Assembly (NCBI GenBank): GCA_902598015.1
Contig: CACJZT010000001.1
Span: forward strand, 101,628-165,627
Direction: 5' to 3'
Length of the DNA: 64,000 nucleotides
DNA from: an uncultured Pelagibacteraceae bacterium
Lineage (GTDB): Bacteria; Pseudomonadota; Alphaproteobacteria; Pelagibacterales; Pelagibacteraceae
In this document: positions 23,232 to 34,173 of the stretch, piece after piece
How positions within the stretch are numbered: the first letter of the stretch is position 1
Layout: the number at the start of each line of letters is the position of its first letter
Notes under the pieces: model-generated
Told to the model about the DNA's origin: nothing
The model's database searches: none
What the model saw: the letters and a program-made list of their open reading frames with translations, nothing else
Program-made: the position numbers and the translations under genes

Positions 23232-25138
23232 TTCGTTTTTTTAATTACAACTTTAGAATTTAAAGTTTCTAAAACCTTTGCTTCAATAGATTTAGCGTCT
23301 AAACCAGCTTCTTTATACATTTCTTCAGGTTTATCTTGGTCTAAAAATTTATCAGGCAAAATCATTGATCTAAATTTTAAATTGTTATCTAATAAATTCT
23401 TTTCATTTAAGAAATGATTCACATGGGCTCCAAAACCTCCAATAGAACCTTCTTCCAATGTAATAAGCACTTCATGATTTGTTGCAACTTGCCACATAAG
23501 ATTTTCATCAAGAGGTTTTGCAAATCTAGCATCTATAATTGTTGGATTAATTCCCATTTTTTTTAAACTTTCTTCAGCCAATAGACATTCTTTTAATCTG
23601 TTTCCAAAACTTACTAGGACAACTTTCTTTCCTTCGGTTATAACTCTTCCTTTTCCAATATCTATTTTTTCGTTGATATCAGGTAATTCTAAACCTATTC
23701 CATTTCCTCTTGGATATCGAAATGCACACGGTTTATTATTAATATCTACTGACGTATTAACCATTCTTACTAATTCTGCTTCATCACTTGCTGCCATAAC
23801 AATAAAATTAGGTAAAGTTGATAAATATGTAATATCAAAAGCACCTGCGTGAGTGGCTCCATCGGCACCAACTAAACCAGCTCGATCAATTGCAAATCTT
23901 ACTGGTAAACTTTGAATTGCAACGTCATGAACTACCTGATCATAAGCTCTTTGTAAAAATGTTGAATAAATTGCTGCATAAGGCTTATAACCCTCTGTGG
24001 CTAAACCTGCAGCAAAAGTAACAGCATGTTGTTCAGCAATTCCAACATCAAAAGTTCTATCCGGGAAAACTTTACTAAAAGTGTCCATTCCTGTGCCAGA
24101 CGGCATAGCTGCAGTTATACCTACAATTTTACTGTCTTTCTTTGCATGCTCTACTAATGTATTTGCAAATACCTTTGTAAAAGCAGGAGCTTTAGTTGTT
24201 GATTTTTGTTGAACTCCAGTTTGAACATCAAATTTTGAAACTCCGTGATACTTATCATCAGATTTTTCAGCAAAACTATATCCTTTGCCTTTTTGAGTTT
24301 TTATATGAATTAGTATTGGACCATTATGATTACTTTCTTTTGCATTTTTTAAAATTGGCAATAAAACATCTAAATCATGACCATCAATTGGACCAACATA
24401 ATAAAAACCTAATGAATTAAATAATGTACCACCTGTGACAGCCGATCTCAAAAAATCTTCAGCCTTTCCAGCCTTTTTGCTAAATCTTTTTGAAAAGGAT
24501 GAAATAATCATTTTAACTGTTTCTCTGAAACTAAAATAAATCTTACCTGAAAAAATTTTAGCAAGATAAGATTTCATTGCGCCAACTGGTTTTGCAATTG
24601 ACATATCATTGTCATTTAAAATTACGATCATTTTAGTTTTAGAATCTCCAGCATTGTTCATAGCTTCATATGCCATTCCTGCACTCATAGCACCATCTCC
24701 AATAACTGCTATAACCTGATCTGATTTGTTTGATAATTTATTTGCTGTTGCAATGCCAAGTCCAGCAGAAATAGAAGTAGAACTATGAGCTGCACCAAAA
24801 GGGTCAAATTCACTTTCTGATCTCTTTGTAAAACCAGATAATCCACTTCCTTGTCTTAAAGTTCGTATTTTATCTTTTCTTCCTGTTAAAATTTTATGAG
24901 GGTATGATTGATGGCCAACATCCCATATCAATTTATCCTTTGGTGTGTCAAAAACATAGTGGAGTGCTACTGTTAACTCTACAACACCTAAACCTGCACC
25001 AAGATGACCGCCTGTTTTTGAAACAGCATCAATCATTTCTTTTCTTACTTCATCTGATAGAGCTTTTAATTCTTCATTATTCAGTTTTTTTATATCTGAA
25101 GGAAAATTAATATTATTTAAATATTTATAATTCTGCAT
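23228..25138 (-). CDS. dxs: 1-deoxy-D-xylulose-5-phosphate synthase
   Basis: [35 protein letters not shown]. Confidence 0.98.
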   Translation of the reverse strand: MQNYKYLNNINFPSDIKKLNNEELKALSDEVRKEMIDAVSKTGGHLGAGLGVVELTVALHYVFDTPKDKLIWDVGHQSYPHKILTGRKDKIRTLRQGSGLSGFTKRSESEFDPFGAAHSSTSISAGLGIATANKLSNKSDQVIAVIGDGAMSAGMAYEAMNNAGDSKTKMIVILNDNDMSIAKPVGAMKSYLAKIFSGKIYFSFRETVKMIISSFSKRFSKKAGKAEDFLRSAVTGGTLFNSLGFYYVGPIDGHDLDVLLPILKNAKESNHNGPILIHIKTQKGKGYSFAEKSDDKYHGVSKFDVQTGVQQKSTTKAPAFTKVFANTLVEHAKKDSKIVGITAAMPSGTGMDTFSKVFPDRTFDVGIAEQHAVTFAAGLATEGYKPYAAIYSTFLQRAYDQVVHDVAIQSLPVRFAIDRAGLVGADGATHAGAFDITYLSTLPNFIVMAASDEAELVRMVNTSVDINNKPCAFRYPRGNGIGLELPDINEKIDIGKGRVITEGKKVVLVSFGNRLKECLLAEESLKKMGINPTIIDARFAKPLDENLMWQVATNHEVLITLEEGSIGGFGAHVNHFLNEKNLLDNNLKFRSMILPDKFLDQDKPEEMYKEAGLDAKSIEAKVLETLNSKVVIKKTN

Positions 25139-26008
25139 TTATTTATTTCTACTTAATATAAATTCAATTGTCTCTTTTAAATCACCAGCATTATTTCCAT
25201 AGCTAACTAAACTGTTAAATATTTCTTTTTTTAGTTTTGATGCATATTTAATAGCATTTTTATATCCTAGTAAACTTATTAATGTTGCTTTTCCTCTTTT
25301 TGAATCTTTATTTGTTTTTTTTCCTGCAGTTTTTGATGTACTGCTATAATCAATTAAATCATCTGCAATTTGAAAAAGTAAACCAATTTTTTCACCAATA
25401 ATTAAGAATTTTTTTATTTGATCTTTTTTATTTGTCAAAATAACTGGAGACAAACAGCTGAATGAAAATAATTTTCCAGTCTTTTTAATCTCCATATCTA
25501 TAACTTTTTGTTTAGAAACTTTTTTTCTTTCATAATTTAAATCCAAAAATTGACCTCCAGCTATTCCTTGGTGACCTGATGATTGAGATATTAGATTTAT
25601 TAGGGATATTTTTTTATTGTTATTTATATTGAACTTTGGATCAGATAAAATTTCAAAAGCTAATGTCAAAAGGGAGTTTCCAGCTAAAACTGCAGTTGAT
25701 TCTCCAAATTTTTTATGTGTTGTTAATTTACCTCTTCTAATATCATCATCATCCATACAAGGTAAATCGTCATGTATTAGTGAATAAGCGTGTATACATT
25801 CAACGGCTGAACTTAAATATAAAAGATATTTTTTTTCTATATTAAAAATTTTTCCAACATCAAAAATAAGCTTAGATCTTATTTTTTTTCCTCCAGGAAA
25901 TAAACCATACTTCATAGGCATAATTAGATCTGTTTTTTTTTGTTTTGCTAAGTAATTTTTTAAAAATTTATTTACTTCATTAACGGTTTTAACTAATTTT
26001 TTTTTCAT
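25139..26008 (-). CDS. ispA: Farnesyl diphosphate synthase
   Basis: HAYSLIHDDLPCMDDDDIRRG, GGQFLD, FQIADD; upstream of dxs. Confidence 0.93.
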   Translation of the reverse strand: MKKKLVKTVNEVNKFLKNYLAKQKKTDLIMPMKYGLFPGGKKIRSKLIFDVGKIFNIEKKYLLYLSSAVECIHAYSLIHDDLPCMDDDDIRRGKLTTHKKFGESTAVLAGNSLLTLAFEILSDPKFNINNNKKISLINLISQSSGHQGIAGGQFLDLNYERKKVSKQKVIDMEIKKTGKLFSFSCLSPVILTNKKDQIKKFLIIGEKIGLLFQIADDLIDYSSTSKTAGKKTNKDSKRGKATLISLLGYKNAIKYASKLKKEIFNSLVSYGNNAGDLKETIEFILSRNK

Positions 26009-26241
26009 TTTTTTGAGCTTAATTCTTCAATTTTTAGTTTAGTACTTTCAGATATATTCTTTGAGTCTTTTTGAAATTTTTTCTCTATTAGATTATTTAA
26101 CTTTATTAAATATTGATAATTATCAATAGATTCTTCCAAATTTTTTTTATTTTCTAATTCTTGAATTAAACGTTCTGCTATATCTGTGAGTTCACTCAAA
26201 GATTTTGATTCAATATCATCTGGCAAAATTTTTTCATTCAT
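26005..26241 (-). CDS. xseB: Divergent exonuclease VII small subunit-like protein
   Basis: Canonical xseB-ispA-dxs position, 78 aa, helical, LE..NLEESI..Y; other motifs degenerate. Confidence 0.6.
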   Translation of the reverse strand: MNEKILPDDIESKSLSELTDIAERLIQELENKKNLEESIDNYQYLIKLNNLIEKKFQKDSKNISESTKLKIEELSSKK

Positions 26242-26261
26242 ATAATAGTTTGTAATATTAT

Positions 26262-27197
26262 ATGAAAATTAACGATTCAAATATTAAAAAAGCAGTAAAA
26301 TATTTAAATAATAACGAATGTATTGGGATACCAACAGAAACTGTCTATGGATTAGCAGCTAATGCCTATTCTGATAAAGCTACCAAAAGAATATTTAAAT
26401 TAAAAGGAAGGCCTGCTGATAACCCCTTAATAGTTCATTATTATAGTATTAAAGATTTGGAAAAAGATTGTGAGACGAATAAATTATTTTATAAACTCTA
26501 TAAGTCATTAAGCCCTGGACCAATCACATTTATATTAAAACTAAAAAAAGAAAGTAAAATTTCAAAAAACGTTACAAATAATAAAAAAACACTAGGCGTA
26601 AGATTCCCAAGTCATCAAACTGCTAGAATATTATTAAAATCTTTAAAATATCCTTTAGCAGCTCCAAGTGCAAATATCTCTGAAGGGATAAGTCCAGTAA
26701 CAAAAGATGATGTATATGATGAATTTGGAGAAAAAATTAAATTTATTTTAGAAGGCGGAAGGTCAAAAGTTGGTGTTGAGTCCACGATAATAAGTTTAGT
26801 AAAAAAACCCCAAATTTTAAGATTGGGTGGATTAGATATTTCTATATTAAGTAAAAAATTAAAAACAAATTTAAAAACTAAATTACATAATAAAAGCAAT
26901 ATAAATTCTCCAGGGAGAAGGGGAATCCACTATTCACCAGGTATACCCATTAGATTAAACGCAGTTAAAATAAAAAAAGATGAGGCTTTTATTCTAATTA
27001 AGAAGAAAAAAGAAAATAATAAGAATTATTTTTACTTAAGTAAGACAAATAATCTAATGGAGAGTGTTAAAAATTTATATAAAACATTAAGAAAAATTAA
27101 GAAGTTAGGCTACAAAAAAATTGCTGTTCAAAGAATACCAAACCAAAACTTTGGATTAGTAATTAACGATAGACTTCTTAGAGCATCAAAAAAATGA
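26262..27197 (+). CDS. tsaC: L-threonylcarbamoyladenylate synthase (Sua5-type TsaC)
   Basis: PTETVYGL, KGRPADNPLIVH, APSANIS, GVESTI, HYSP, INDRL. Confidence 0.93.
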   Translation: MKINDSNIKKAVKYLNNNECIGIPTETVYGLAANAYSDKATKRIFKLKGRPADNPLIVHYYSIKDLEKDCETNKLFYKLYKSLSPGPITFILKLKKESKISKNVTNNKKTLGVRFPSHQTARILLKSLKYPLAAPSANISEGISPVTKDDVYDEFGEKIKFILEGGRSKVGVESTIISLVKKPQILRLGGLDISILSKKLKTNLKTKLHNKSNINSPGRRGIHYSPGIPIRLNAVKIKKDEAFILIKKKKENNKNYFYLSKTNNLMESVKNLYKTLRKIKKLGYKKIAVQRIPNQNFGLVINDRLLRASKK

Positions 27198-27931
27198 AAA
27201 ATTTAGTAGAAGTAAAAAATATAAAAAAAAATTATGGAAAGAATGAGGCTGTCAAAGGTATAAGCTTTAGCATAGAAGAAAACGAAATTTTAGGCCTATT
27301 AGGTCCAAACGGGTCAGGCAAAACCACTACTATTGGAATGTTGTTGGGACTTTTAAAACCAACAAGTGGAGAAATATTTATAAATGGTCAAAAATTAGAG
27401 GGGAATAGAATTGAAATCTTAGAACAGATTAACTTCATATCTCCATATATTGAATTACCCAAAAAACTTACAGTTAAGCAAAATCTGACTGTTTACGGAA
27501 AATTATACAAAATAAATAATATTAATGAGAGGATCGAATTTTTATCAGAGAAATTAAGATTAGAAGGATTGCTTAATAACATTACAGGTGAATTATCATC
27601 TGGACAAAAAAATAGAGTAAGTCTAGCAAAAGCATTAATTAACGAGCCGAAAGTATTATTATTGGATGAACCAACTGCATCATTGGATCCAGAAGTAGGT
27701 GATTTTGTTAGGTCCTTTTTGGAAGATTATAAAAAAGAAAAAAAAATATCCATACTTCTTGCTTCTCATAATATGAATGAAGTCACTAGGCTTTGTAAAT
27801 CAATTTTAATGATGAAAGAAGGAATTATAATTGACAAAGGAAATCCTGAAGAATTAATCAATAAACATGGCAGAAAAAACCTCGAGGAAGTTTTTTTAAA
27901 ATTATCTAGGAGTAAAAATGAGCTTAACTAG
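27194..27931 (+). CDS. ABC-2 exporter ATP-binding protein
   Basis: Walker A GPNGSGKT, signature LSSGQ, LLLDEP. Confidence 0.9.
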   Translation: MKNLVEVKNIKKNYGKNEAVKGISFSIEENEILGLLGPNGSGKTTTIGMLLGLLKPTSGEIFINGQKLEGNRIEILEQINFISPYIELPKKLTVKQNLTVYGKLYKINNINERIEFLSEKLRLEGLLNNITGELSSGQKNRVSLAKALINEPKVLLLDEPTASLDPEVGDFVRSFLEDYKKEKKISILLASHNMNEVTRLCKSILMMKEGIIIDKGNPEELINKHGRKNLEEVFLKLSRSKNELN

Positions 27932-28709
27932 GATGTACGGTCTTTTTTTAAGACATTTTTATTTAATAACTAGATCTTTCCCAAGAGTTTTAGATCTCGT
28001 TTATTGGCCAACTATTCAAATTACTTTGTGGGGATTTATCTCAAATTTTTTTGCTACACATACAACATATTATAATAATGCGGTAGGAGTTATATTAACA
28101 TGCGCAATCCTTTATGATTTTCTTTTTAGAACAAGCATTGGATTTAATATGCTATTCCTTGAAGAAATTTGGAGTAGAAACTTTACAAATTTATTTATTG
28201 CACCAATGAAAATTGGTGAAATATTAACTTCACTTGTTGCTACAGCATTAATTAGAGCTCTTATAGGTTTAATACCAGCAGTGCTTTTAACTTCACCATT
28301 GTTTGGTATTTCTATTTTAGATTTAGGAATATTTTTATTCTTTTTATTTTTGAGCCTATATTTATTTGGAATAACACTTGGCATCCTGGTATCGGCTGGT
28401 CTATTGAGATATGGACCCTCTTTTGAAAATATAGCATGGTCTACAATGTTTTTATTAGCTCCATTTGGATGCATTTATTATCCAATTGAAATATTGCCAG
28501 AAGTGTTTCAGAAAATAGCTTACTTATTACCGTTGGTATATATTTTTGAGGAGGCAAGAAATATTTTGATTAATCAAACTGTAGATATCCAAAATATCTA
28601 TTATGCATTCTTGTGGAATGGGGTTTACTTTGTATTATCAATTGTATTATTCTATTATTCATTCAATGTCGCAAAAAATAAAGGGACGCTTATTAATATG
28701 GGTGAATAG
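27918..28709 (+). CDS. ABC-2 exporter permease
   Basis: About six hydrophobic segments, YYPIEILP...LPL motif; overlaps the ATPase gene. Confidence 0.88.
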   Translation: MSLTRMYGLFLRHFYLITRSFPRVLDLVYWPTIQITLWGFISNFFATHTTYYNNAVGVILTCAILYDFLFRTSIGFNMLFLEEIWSRNFTNLFIAPMKIGEILTSLVATALIRALIGLIPAVLLTSPLFGISILDLGIFLFFLFLSLYLFGITLGILVSAGLLRYGPSFENIAWSTMFLLAPFGCIYYPIEILPEVFQKIAYLLPLVYIFEEARNILINQTVDIQNIYYAFLWNGVYFVLSIVLFYYSFNVAKNKGTLINMGE

Positions 28710-28786
28710 TGGTGCGCCCGCAAGGAGTCGAACCCTGAACCTCCAGAGCCGAAATCTGGCGCTCTATCCAGTTGAGCTACGAACGC
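28710..28786 (-). tRNA. tRNA-Arg(TCG)
   Basis: Cloverleaf GCGTTCG...CGGGCGC-ACCA; anticodon arm CCAGA-TTTCGGC-TCTGG; Arg-like D-loop CAACTGGATAG. Confidence 0.93.
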
Positions 28787-28809
28787 ATGCTAATTTAATA
28801 TAATAATTT

Positions 28810-29790
28810 ATGAAAAATATCATCAATTTTATTGTTAAAGAAGAAGATAATAACAAGAGAGTAGACATAATATTAGCAAATCATGATAAAAGCTTAAGCA
28901 GAACTAGAGTAAAAAATTTAATACTAAATAGTAAATTAAAAATTAATGAGAGAATTGTCCAAGACCCTTCAATTAAAACTAAATTAAATGACAACATTGA
29001 ACTTGAAATTATTGAACCTAAGAAACAAAGTTTAAAACCTTATGAGTTTAAATTAAATATAATTTATGAAGATGAAGACTTAATCGTAATTGACAAACCT
29101 TCTGGAATTTCGATGCATCCTGGTGCTGGTAATTATGATAATACAATAGTTAACGCACTAATGAATTATGATAGTAAAAATTTATCTAACATAGGAGATG
29201 AGCTTAGACCCGGAATAGTTCACAGAATTGATAAAGACACATCAGGATTAATTGTAATTGCAAAAAATAATCCAACTCATGAAAAATTATCAATTCAGTT
29301 TTCCGAACACACTATAACAAGAGTTTATCAAACTTTAATATGGGGAAAATTAAGACCTCAAAAAGGAACAATTGAAACATTAATAACTAGAAGTTCAAAA
29401 AACAGACAAATGATGGAAGTGTCATCTAGCAAAGGTAAAAAGGCAATTACGCATTACGAAACTTTAGAGCTTTTTGAGAATGATAAAGTTCCAACTTTAA
29501 GTTTTATACAATGTAAATTAGAAACCGGAAGAACACATCAAATTAGAGTTCATATGTCATACAAAGGTAATAACATTCTTGGAGATAAAAAATATAAAAA
29601 GAAATTTAAAAAATTTAAAAACATTGATGAAGATCTTAATAATAAAATTTTAAATCTAGATAGACAATTTTTGCATGCAAAACAGTTGGGATTTGTCCAT
29701 CCTAGATTAGAGGAAAGATTAGAATTTTCGTCAAATATCCCAAACGATTTAAGTGATATCTTAAAAAAACTAAGAAAATTAAGTAAATAA
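28810..29790 (+). CDS. rluD: RluA/RluD-family 23S rRNA pseudouridine synthase
   Basis: N-terminal S4 domain, HRIDKDTSG, GRTHQIRVH, QFLHA; upstream of rpoH. Confidence 0.9.
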   Translation: MKNIINFIVKEEDNNKRVDIILANHDKSLSRTRVKNLILNSKLKINERIVQDPSIKTKLNDNIELEIIEPKKQSLKPYEFKLNIIYEDEDLIVIDKPSGISMHPGAGNYDNTIVNALMNYDSKNLSNIGDELRPGIVHRIDKDTSGLIVIAKNNPTHEKLSIQFSEHTITRVYQTLIWGKLRPQKGTIETLITRSSKNRQMMEVSSSKGKKAITHYETLELFENDKVPTLSFIQCKLETGRTHQIRVHMSYKGNNILGDKKYKKKFKKFKNIDEDLNNKILNLDRQFLHAKQLGFVHPRLEERLEFSSNIPNDLSDILKKLRKLSK

Positions 29791-29833
29791 AACGATTGTA
29801 AAAAAATATTTCTCTATTACATAAATACTTCCA

Positions 29834-30724
29834 ATGAGCAATGACACATACAATTTGCCTACTCTTTCGAATGAAGGTGGTTTGGCAGCATACCTGGCCC
29901 AAATTAAAAAATTTCCTATGCTAGATGCTGAAGAAGAATACATGCTTGCTAAAAATTGGAAAACTACAGGAAATGTTAAATCAGCTGAAAAACTTGTTAC
30001 AAGTCATTTAAGACTAGTTGCTAAAATAGCGATGGGTTACAAAGGCTATGGTTTGCCTCTTAATGAAATGATTTCAGAAGGTAACGTAGGTTTAATGCAA
30101 GCTGTTAAAAAATTTGAACCAGAAAAAGGTTTTAGACTTGCAACTTATGCAATGTGGTGGATTAAAGCTTCTATTCAAGAATATATTCTAAGATCATGGA
30201 GCTTAGTAAAAATGGGAACTACAACAGCTCAGAAAAAACTTTTTTTCAATTTAAAGAAACTAAAAAATCAAATTGCACCTAGAACAGAGGGTGACTTACG
30301 TGATGAACACGTAAAAGATATAGCAAACAGATTAGATGTTAGTGAACAAGAGGTGGTATCTATGAATAGAAGACTATCAGGTAAAGAGCAGTCATTAAAT
30401 GCACCAATTGGAGAGGACGGTGATGAGTGGCAAGATTGGGTTGTGGATAATGATATGGATCAAGAACTTAAATTTGCACAAAATGAAGAAATGGAACAAC
30501 GAAAAGATCTTCTTCAGGATTCGATTAAAATTTTAAATGAAAGAGAAAAAGAAATTCTTTACTCTAGAAGATTGACAGATGATCCGATAACTTTAGAGGA
30601 CTTAAGTAAGAAATTCAAAATAAGCAGAGAAAGAATAAGACAAATTGAAAATAAAGCTTTTGAAAAACTTCAAAAACATATGCTTAACTCTGCTAAATCA
30701 AAAAATTTACTACCCGCAAATTAA
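29834..30724 (+). CDS. rpoH: RNA polymerase sigma-32 factor
   Basis: RpoH box QKKLFFNLKK, SHLRLV, SRERIRQIE. Confidence 0.96.
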   Translation: MSNDTYNLPTLSNEGGLAAYLAQIKKFPMLDAEEEYMLAKNWKTTGNVKSAEKLVTSHLRLVAKIAMGYKGYGLPLNEMISEGNVGLMQAVKKFEPEKGFRLATYAMWWIKASIQEYILRSWSLVKMGTTTAQKKLFFNLKKLKNQIAPRTEGDLRDEHVKDIANRLDVSEQEVVSMNRRLSGKEQSLNAPIGEDGDEWQDWVVDNDMDQELKFAQNEEMEQRKDLLQDSIKILNEREKEILYSRRLTDDPITLEDLSKKFKISRERIRQIENKAFEKLQKHMLNSAKSKNLLPAN

Positions 30725-30736
30725 TTCAGTTTTTTA

Positions 30737-32029
30737 TTAGCAGTAGAATGGATCTACTAATAGAATGGTATCTTTTCTCTCAGGGCTTGTTGAAATACTA
30801 GATATTTTTGTCTCAATGAATTCTTCAATAGCTTTTACATAAATCTTTGCATTATTAGGTAAATCTTCAAATTTTTTTATTCCTTGAGTTTTAGATTTCC
30901 AACCTTTGAATGTTTTGTAAACCGGTTTGACATTTAACTGATCTTCTACGGCAGCAGGGAAATAATCTATTTCTTTTTCATTCAGCTTATAAGCCACACA
31001 AAGATTTATTTCATCAAGTTCATCTAATACATCTAATTTAGTTAATGCTATTCCATCAATGCCTGAAATCTTTATGGTTTGTCTTACTAGAACTCCATCA
31101 AACCAGCCACATCTTCTTTTTCTACTGGTTACAGTTCCAAATTCATGTCCCTTTTCACCTAAATGATTACCAATATCATCTGTTAATTCTGTTGGGAAAG
31201 GTCCCTCACCTACTCGTGTTGTGTATGCTTTTGTGATACCTAATACATAGTTTATTGAGTTTGGACCACACCCAGATCCTGTTGCGGCTGAAGCTGCTAC
31301 TGTATTAGATGAAGTTACATATGGATATGTACCGTGATCAACATCAAGTAGTACTCCTTGAGCTCCTTCAAATAAGATTTTTTTATTTTCTGATTTAAAT
31401 TCATCTATCTTTCTCCAGACAGGTGCAGAATACTTTAAAATATTTGGAGCTATTTTTAATAAGTCCTCAACTAGTTTATATTTTTCATATATTGGCTTAC
31501 CCAATCCCTTTCGGATTGCATTGTGATGCTCAAGCACTAGTGATAATCGATTTCCAAGATTTTGTTTTGATGCAAGATCCATTACTCTTATAGATCTTCT
31601 TCCTACTTTATCTTCATATGCTGGACCAATTCCTCTTCTGGTAGTTCCAATTTTCGATTTACCTGCAGAGTCTTCTCTTATTTCATCCATCTCTCTATGA
31701 AAAGGTAAAATTAATGTGGCAGCCTCTGACAATATCAGATTATTTTCATTAATTTCTACACCCTTGGATTTAGCTTCTTCAATTTCGTCTAAAAGCGCCC
31801 AAGGATCTACAACAACTCCATTTCCTATAATTGAAATTTTATTTTTTCTTACAATTCCAGATGGTAATAATCTTAATTTATAAGTAACACCATCTATTAC
31901 TAAGGTATGACCAGCATTATGTCCGCCTTGGAATCTAACAACAACATCTGCTTCGCTGGATAACCAATCAACTATTTTACCTTTTCCTTCATCTCCCCAC
32001 TGTGATCCAACAACAACTACATTATTCAT
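30737..32029 (-). CDS. purA: Adenylosuccinate synthetase
   Basis: [31 protein letters not shown]. Confidence 0.98.
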   Translation of the reverse strand: MNNVVVVGSQWGDEGKGKIVDWLSSEADVVVRFQGGHNAGHTLVIDGVTYKLRLLPSGIVRKNKISIIGNGVVVDPWALLDEIEEAKSKGVEINENNLILSEAATLILPFHREMDEIREDSAGKSKIGTTRRGIGPAYEDKVGRRSIRVMDLASKQNLGNRLSLVLEHHNAIRKGLGKPIYEKYKLVEDLLKIAPNILKYSAPVWRKIDEFKSENKKILFEGAQGVLLDVDHGTYPYVTSSNTVAASAATGSGCGPNSINYVLGITKAYTTRVGEGPFPTELTDDIGNHLGEKGHEFGTVTSRKRRCGWFDGVLVRQTIKISGIDGIALTKLDVLDELDEINLCVAYKLNEKEIDYFPAAVEDQLNVKPVYKTFKGWKSKTQGIKKFEDLPNNAKIYVKAIEEFIETKISSISTSPERKDTILLVDPFYC

Positions 32030-32838
32030 CTAAATTTTTTTTCTATAGTAAAACTATTTAAGTGATTAATTGGTCCATTTCCTTTTCCAAAATTTGGTCT
32101 TGTCTTTATCGCATTGTTTACATATCTAATACCTAACTCACAAGATTTCTTTAGACTTTTTCCACATCCATAATACGTTGCAATTGCACTTGATAATGTA
32201 CATCCAGTTCCATGAGTATTTTTTGTTTTAATTTTTTTATTTGTAAATATTGCAGTTTCTTTTTTATTTACAAAAATGTCTTTCAGAGCTTGAGTGCTTA
32301 GATGACCACCTTTAATTAAAACGTTATTAGCACCCAAATTTAATAATATTTGAGCAGCATTTTTCATATCCAACATAGATTTAATTTTTATTTTAGTTAG
32401 TATTTCTGCTTCAGGAATATTTGGTGTTATTAAATCAACTTTTTTTAATAGTTTTTTTTTCAGGACTAAAATAGCTTTATTATCAATAAGTTTAGCTCCA
32501 CCTTTGGCCACCATAACAGGATCTAGTATTATTTTTTTTAATTTTAATTTTTTTATTGATATTAATACTGAATTTATAACTTGTGCAGAATGTAACATCC
32601 CAATTTTTACTGAATCTGGTTTGATATCTTTAGATGTGAATTCAATCTGACTGGAAATTTCTTTACTTGGTATTGGTATTATCGATTTAACCCCAGTTGT
32701 ATTTTGGGCTGTAACTGCTGTAATTGCAGTCATTGCGTAAGAACCAAGTGATGTAACAGATTTAATGTCTGCTTGGATACCCGCTCCACCAGAAGAGTCT
32801 GATCCTGCAATTATTAATATTTTAGATTTGATTCTCAA
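32026..32838 (-). CDS. thiD: Hydroxymethylpyrimidine/phosphomethylpyrimidine kinase
   Basis: [34 protein letters not shown]; TTG start. Confidence 0.95.
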   Translation of the reverse strand: MRIKSKILIIAGSDSSGGAGIQADIKSVTSLGSYAMTAITAVTAQNTTGVKSIIPIPSKEISSQIEFTSKDIKPDSVKIGMLHSAQVINSVLISIKKLKLKKIILDPVMVAKGGAKLIDNKAILVLKKKLLKKVDLITPNIPEAEILTKIKIKSMLDMKNAAQILLNLGANNVLIKGGHLSTQALKDIFVNKKETAIFTNKKIKTKNTHGTGCTLSSAIATYYGCGKSLKKSCELGIRYVNNAIKTRPNFGKGNGPINHLNSFTIEKKFR

Positions 32839-32839
32839 T

Positions 32840-34171
32840 TTACTTAATAGACTTTTTAATTATATTAACACACAATTTATTTAAACTTGAATTTTCTGAC
32901 TCGCTCATAATTCTTATTTTTTGCTCGGTACCGGATTTTCTTACTAATATTCTACCTTTATCTTTAATTATTCTATTTGCATCGTTAATTGCTTTTTTAC
33001 ATCTCGGGGTATTAATAATTGATTTGTCTTTAACTTCTACATTTTCCAATATTTGAGGGGTGGGTTTAAATTTATTAAAAAGTTGACTTGCTTTCTTTAT
33101 TTTTCTCAATGAAAAAAGAATTTCTAATGCAACCAGTAATCCATCTCCTGTCGTAGCAAATTTTCCAAGAATTATATGACCCGATTGTTCTCCACCTAAA
33201 TTAAATTTATTTTTTTTCATTTTTTCTTTTACGTATCTATCTCCCACATCTGATCTTATAAATTTAATGCCTTTGTTTTTAAAAAAATTTTCTAAGCCAT
33301 AATTTGACATTAATGTGCCGACTACACCTCCTTTTAAAATTTTTTTTCTTTTCCATCTCTCACCCAACATTGCAAGAATTTTATCTCCATCAATAATTTT
33401 TCCTTTTTCATCACAAACAATTACTCTGTCTGCATCTCCATCCAATGAAATGCCTATATGAGCTTTATTTTTTTTTGTCATTTTACAAATTTTACTTGGA
33501 TAAGTAGATCCAGATTTAAGATTTATATTTAATCCATTTGGAGATGTACCGGTGTTATATAATTTAGCACCTAGTGATTTAAATAAATCCGGACCAGCTC
33601 TATAACCAGCTCCGTTTGCACAATCTAAAGCAATTTTAATCCCTTTTAGACTAAAAGAAGATGGAAAATTTTGTTTTAATATTTTTATGTAACTTTCATT
33701 AGCATTTTCTAATCTTTTAACTCTGCCTAACTCAATTGGTTTTGATAGATTTTTAGTAATATTTGAATCAATTAACTTTTCAATTTTTTTTTCGATTTTG
33801 TCTGAAAGTTTGAGTCCGTCAGGTCCAAATAACTTTAAGCCATTATCGTGATATGGATTATGCGATGCAGTAATCATTATACCCATATTTGCTCTCATTT
33901 TTTTTGTTAACATTGCTAGACCATTTGTTGGTAGTGGTCCTAAAGTATAAACATGCATTCCTGCTGATGCCAATCCAGACACTAATGCTGGTTCAAGTGT
34001 ATAACCTGATAATCTTGTATCTTTTGCAATAATTGCAGTTTGTTTATTTTTTTTTAAATTTTTAAAATATGTTCCAGCAGCTAAGCCAAATTTAAAAAAC
34101 ATTTCACCATTTATTTTAGACCCATTAACTTTTCCTCTAATTCCATCTGTGCCAAAATATTTTTTAATCAT
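32840..34171 (-). CDS. glmM: Phosphoglucosamine mutase
   Basis: FGTDGIRG, TASHNP, DGDADR, GGEQSGH. Confidence 0.95.
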   Translation of the reverse strand: MIKKYFGTDGIRGKVNGSKINGEMFFKFGLAAGTYFKNLKKNKQTAIIAKDTRLSGYTLEPALVSGLASAGMHVYTLGPLPTNGLAMLTKKMRANMGIMITASHNPYHDNGLKLFGPDGLKLSDKIEKKIEKLIDSNITKNLSKPIELGRVKRLENANESYIKILKQNFPSSFSLKGIKIALDCANGAGYRAGPDLFKSLGAKLYNTGTSPNGLNINLKSGSTYPSKICKMTKKNKAHIGISLDGDADRVIVCDEKGKIIDGDKILAMLGERWKRKKILKGGVVGTLMSNYGLENFFKNKGIKFIRSDVGDRYVKEKMKKNKFNLGGEQSGHIILGKFATTGDGLLVALEILFSLRKIKKASQLFNKFKPTPQILENVEVKDKSIINTPRCKKAINDANRIIKDKGRILVRKSGTEQKIRIMSESENSSLNKLCVNIIKKSIK

Positions 34172-34173
34172 TA

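Noticed and set aside
28603-28803. 66-aa plus-strand ORF
   Set aside because: Overlaps the permease 3' end and reads through the antisense strand of tRNA-Arg
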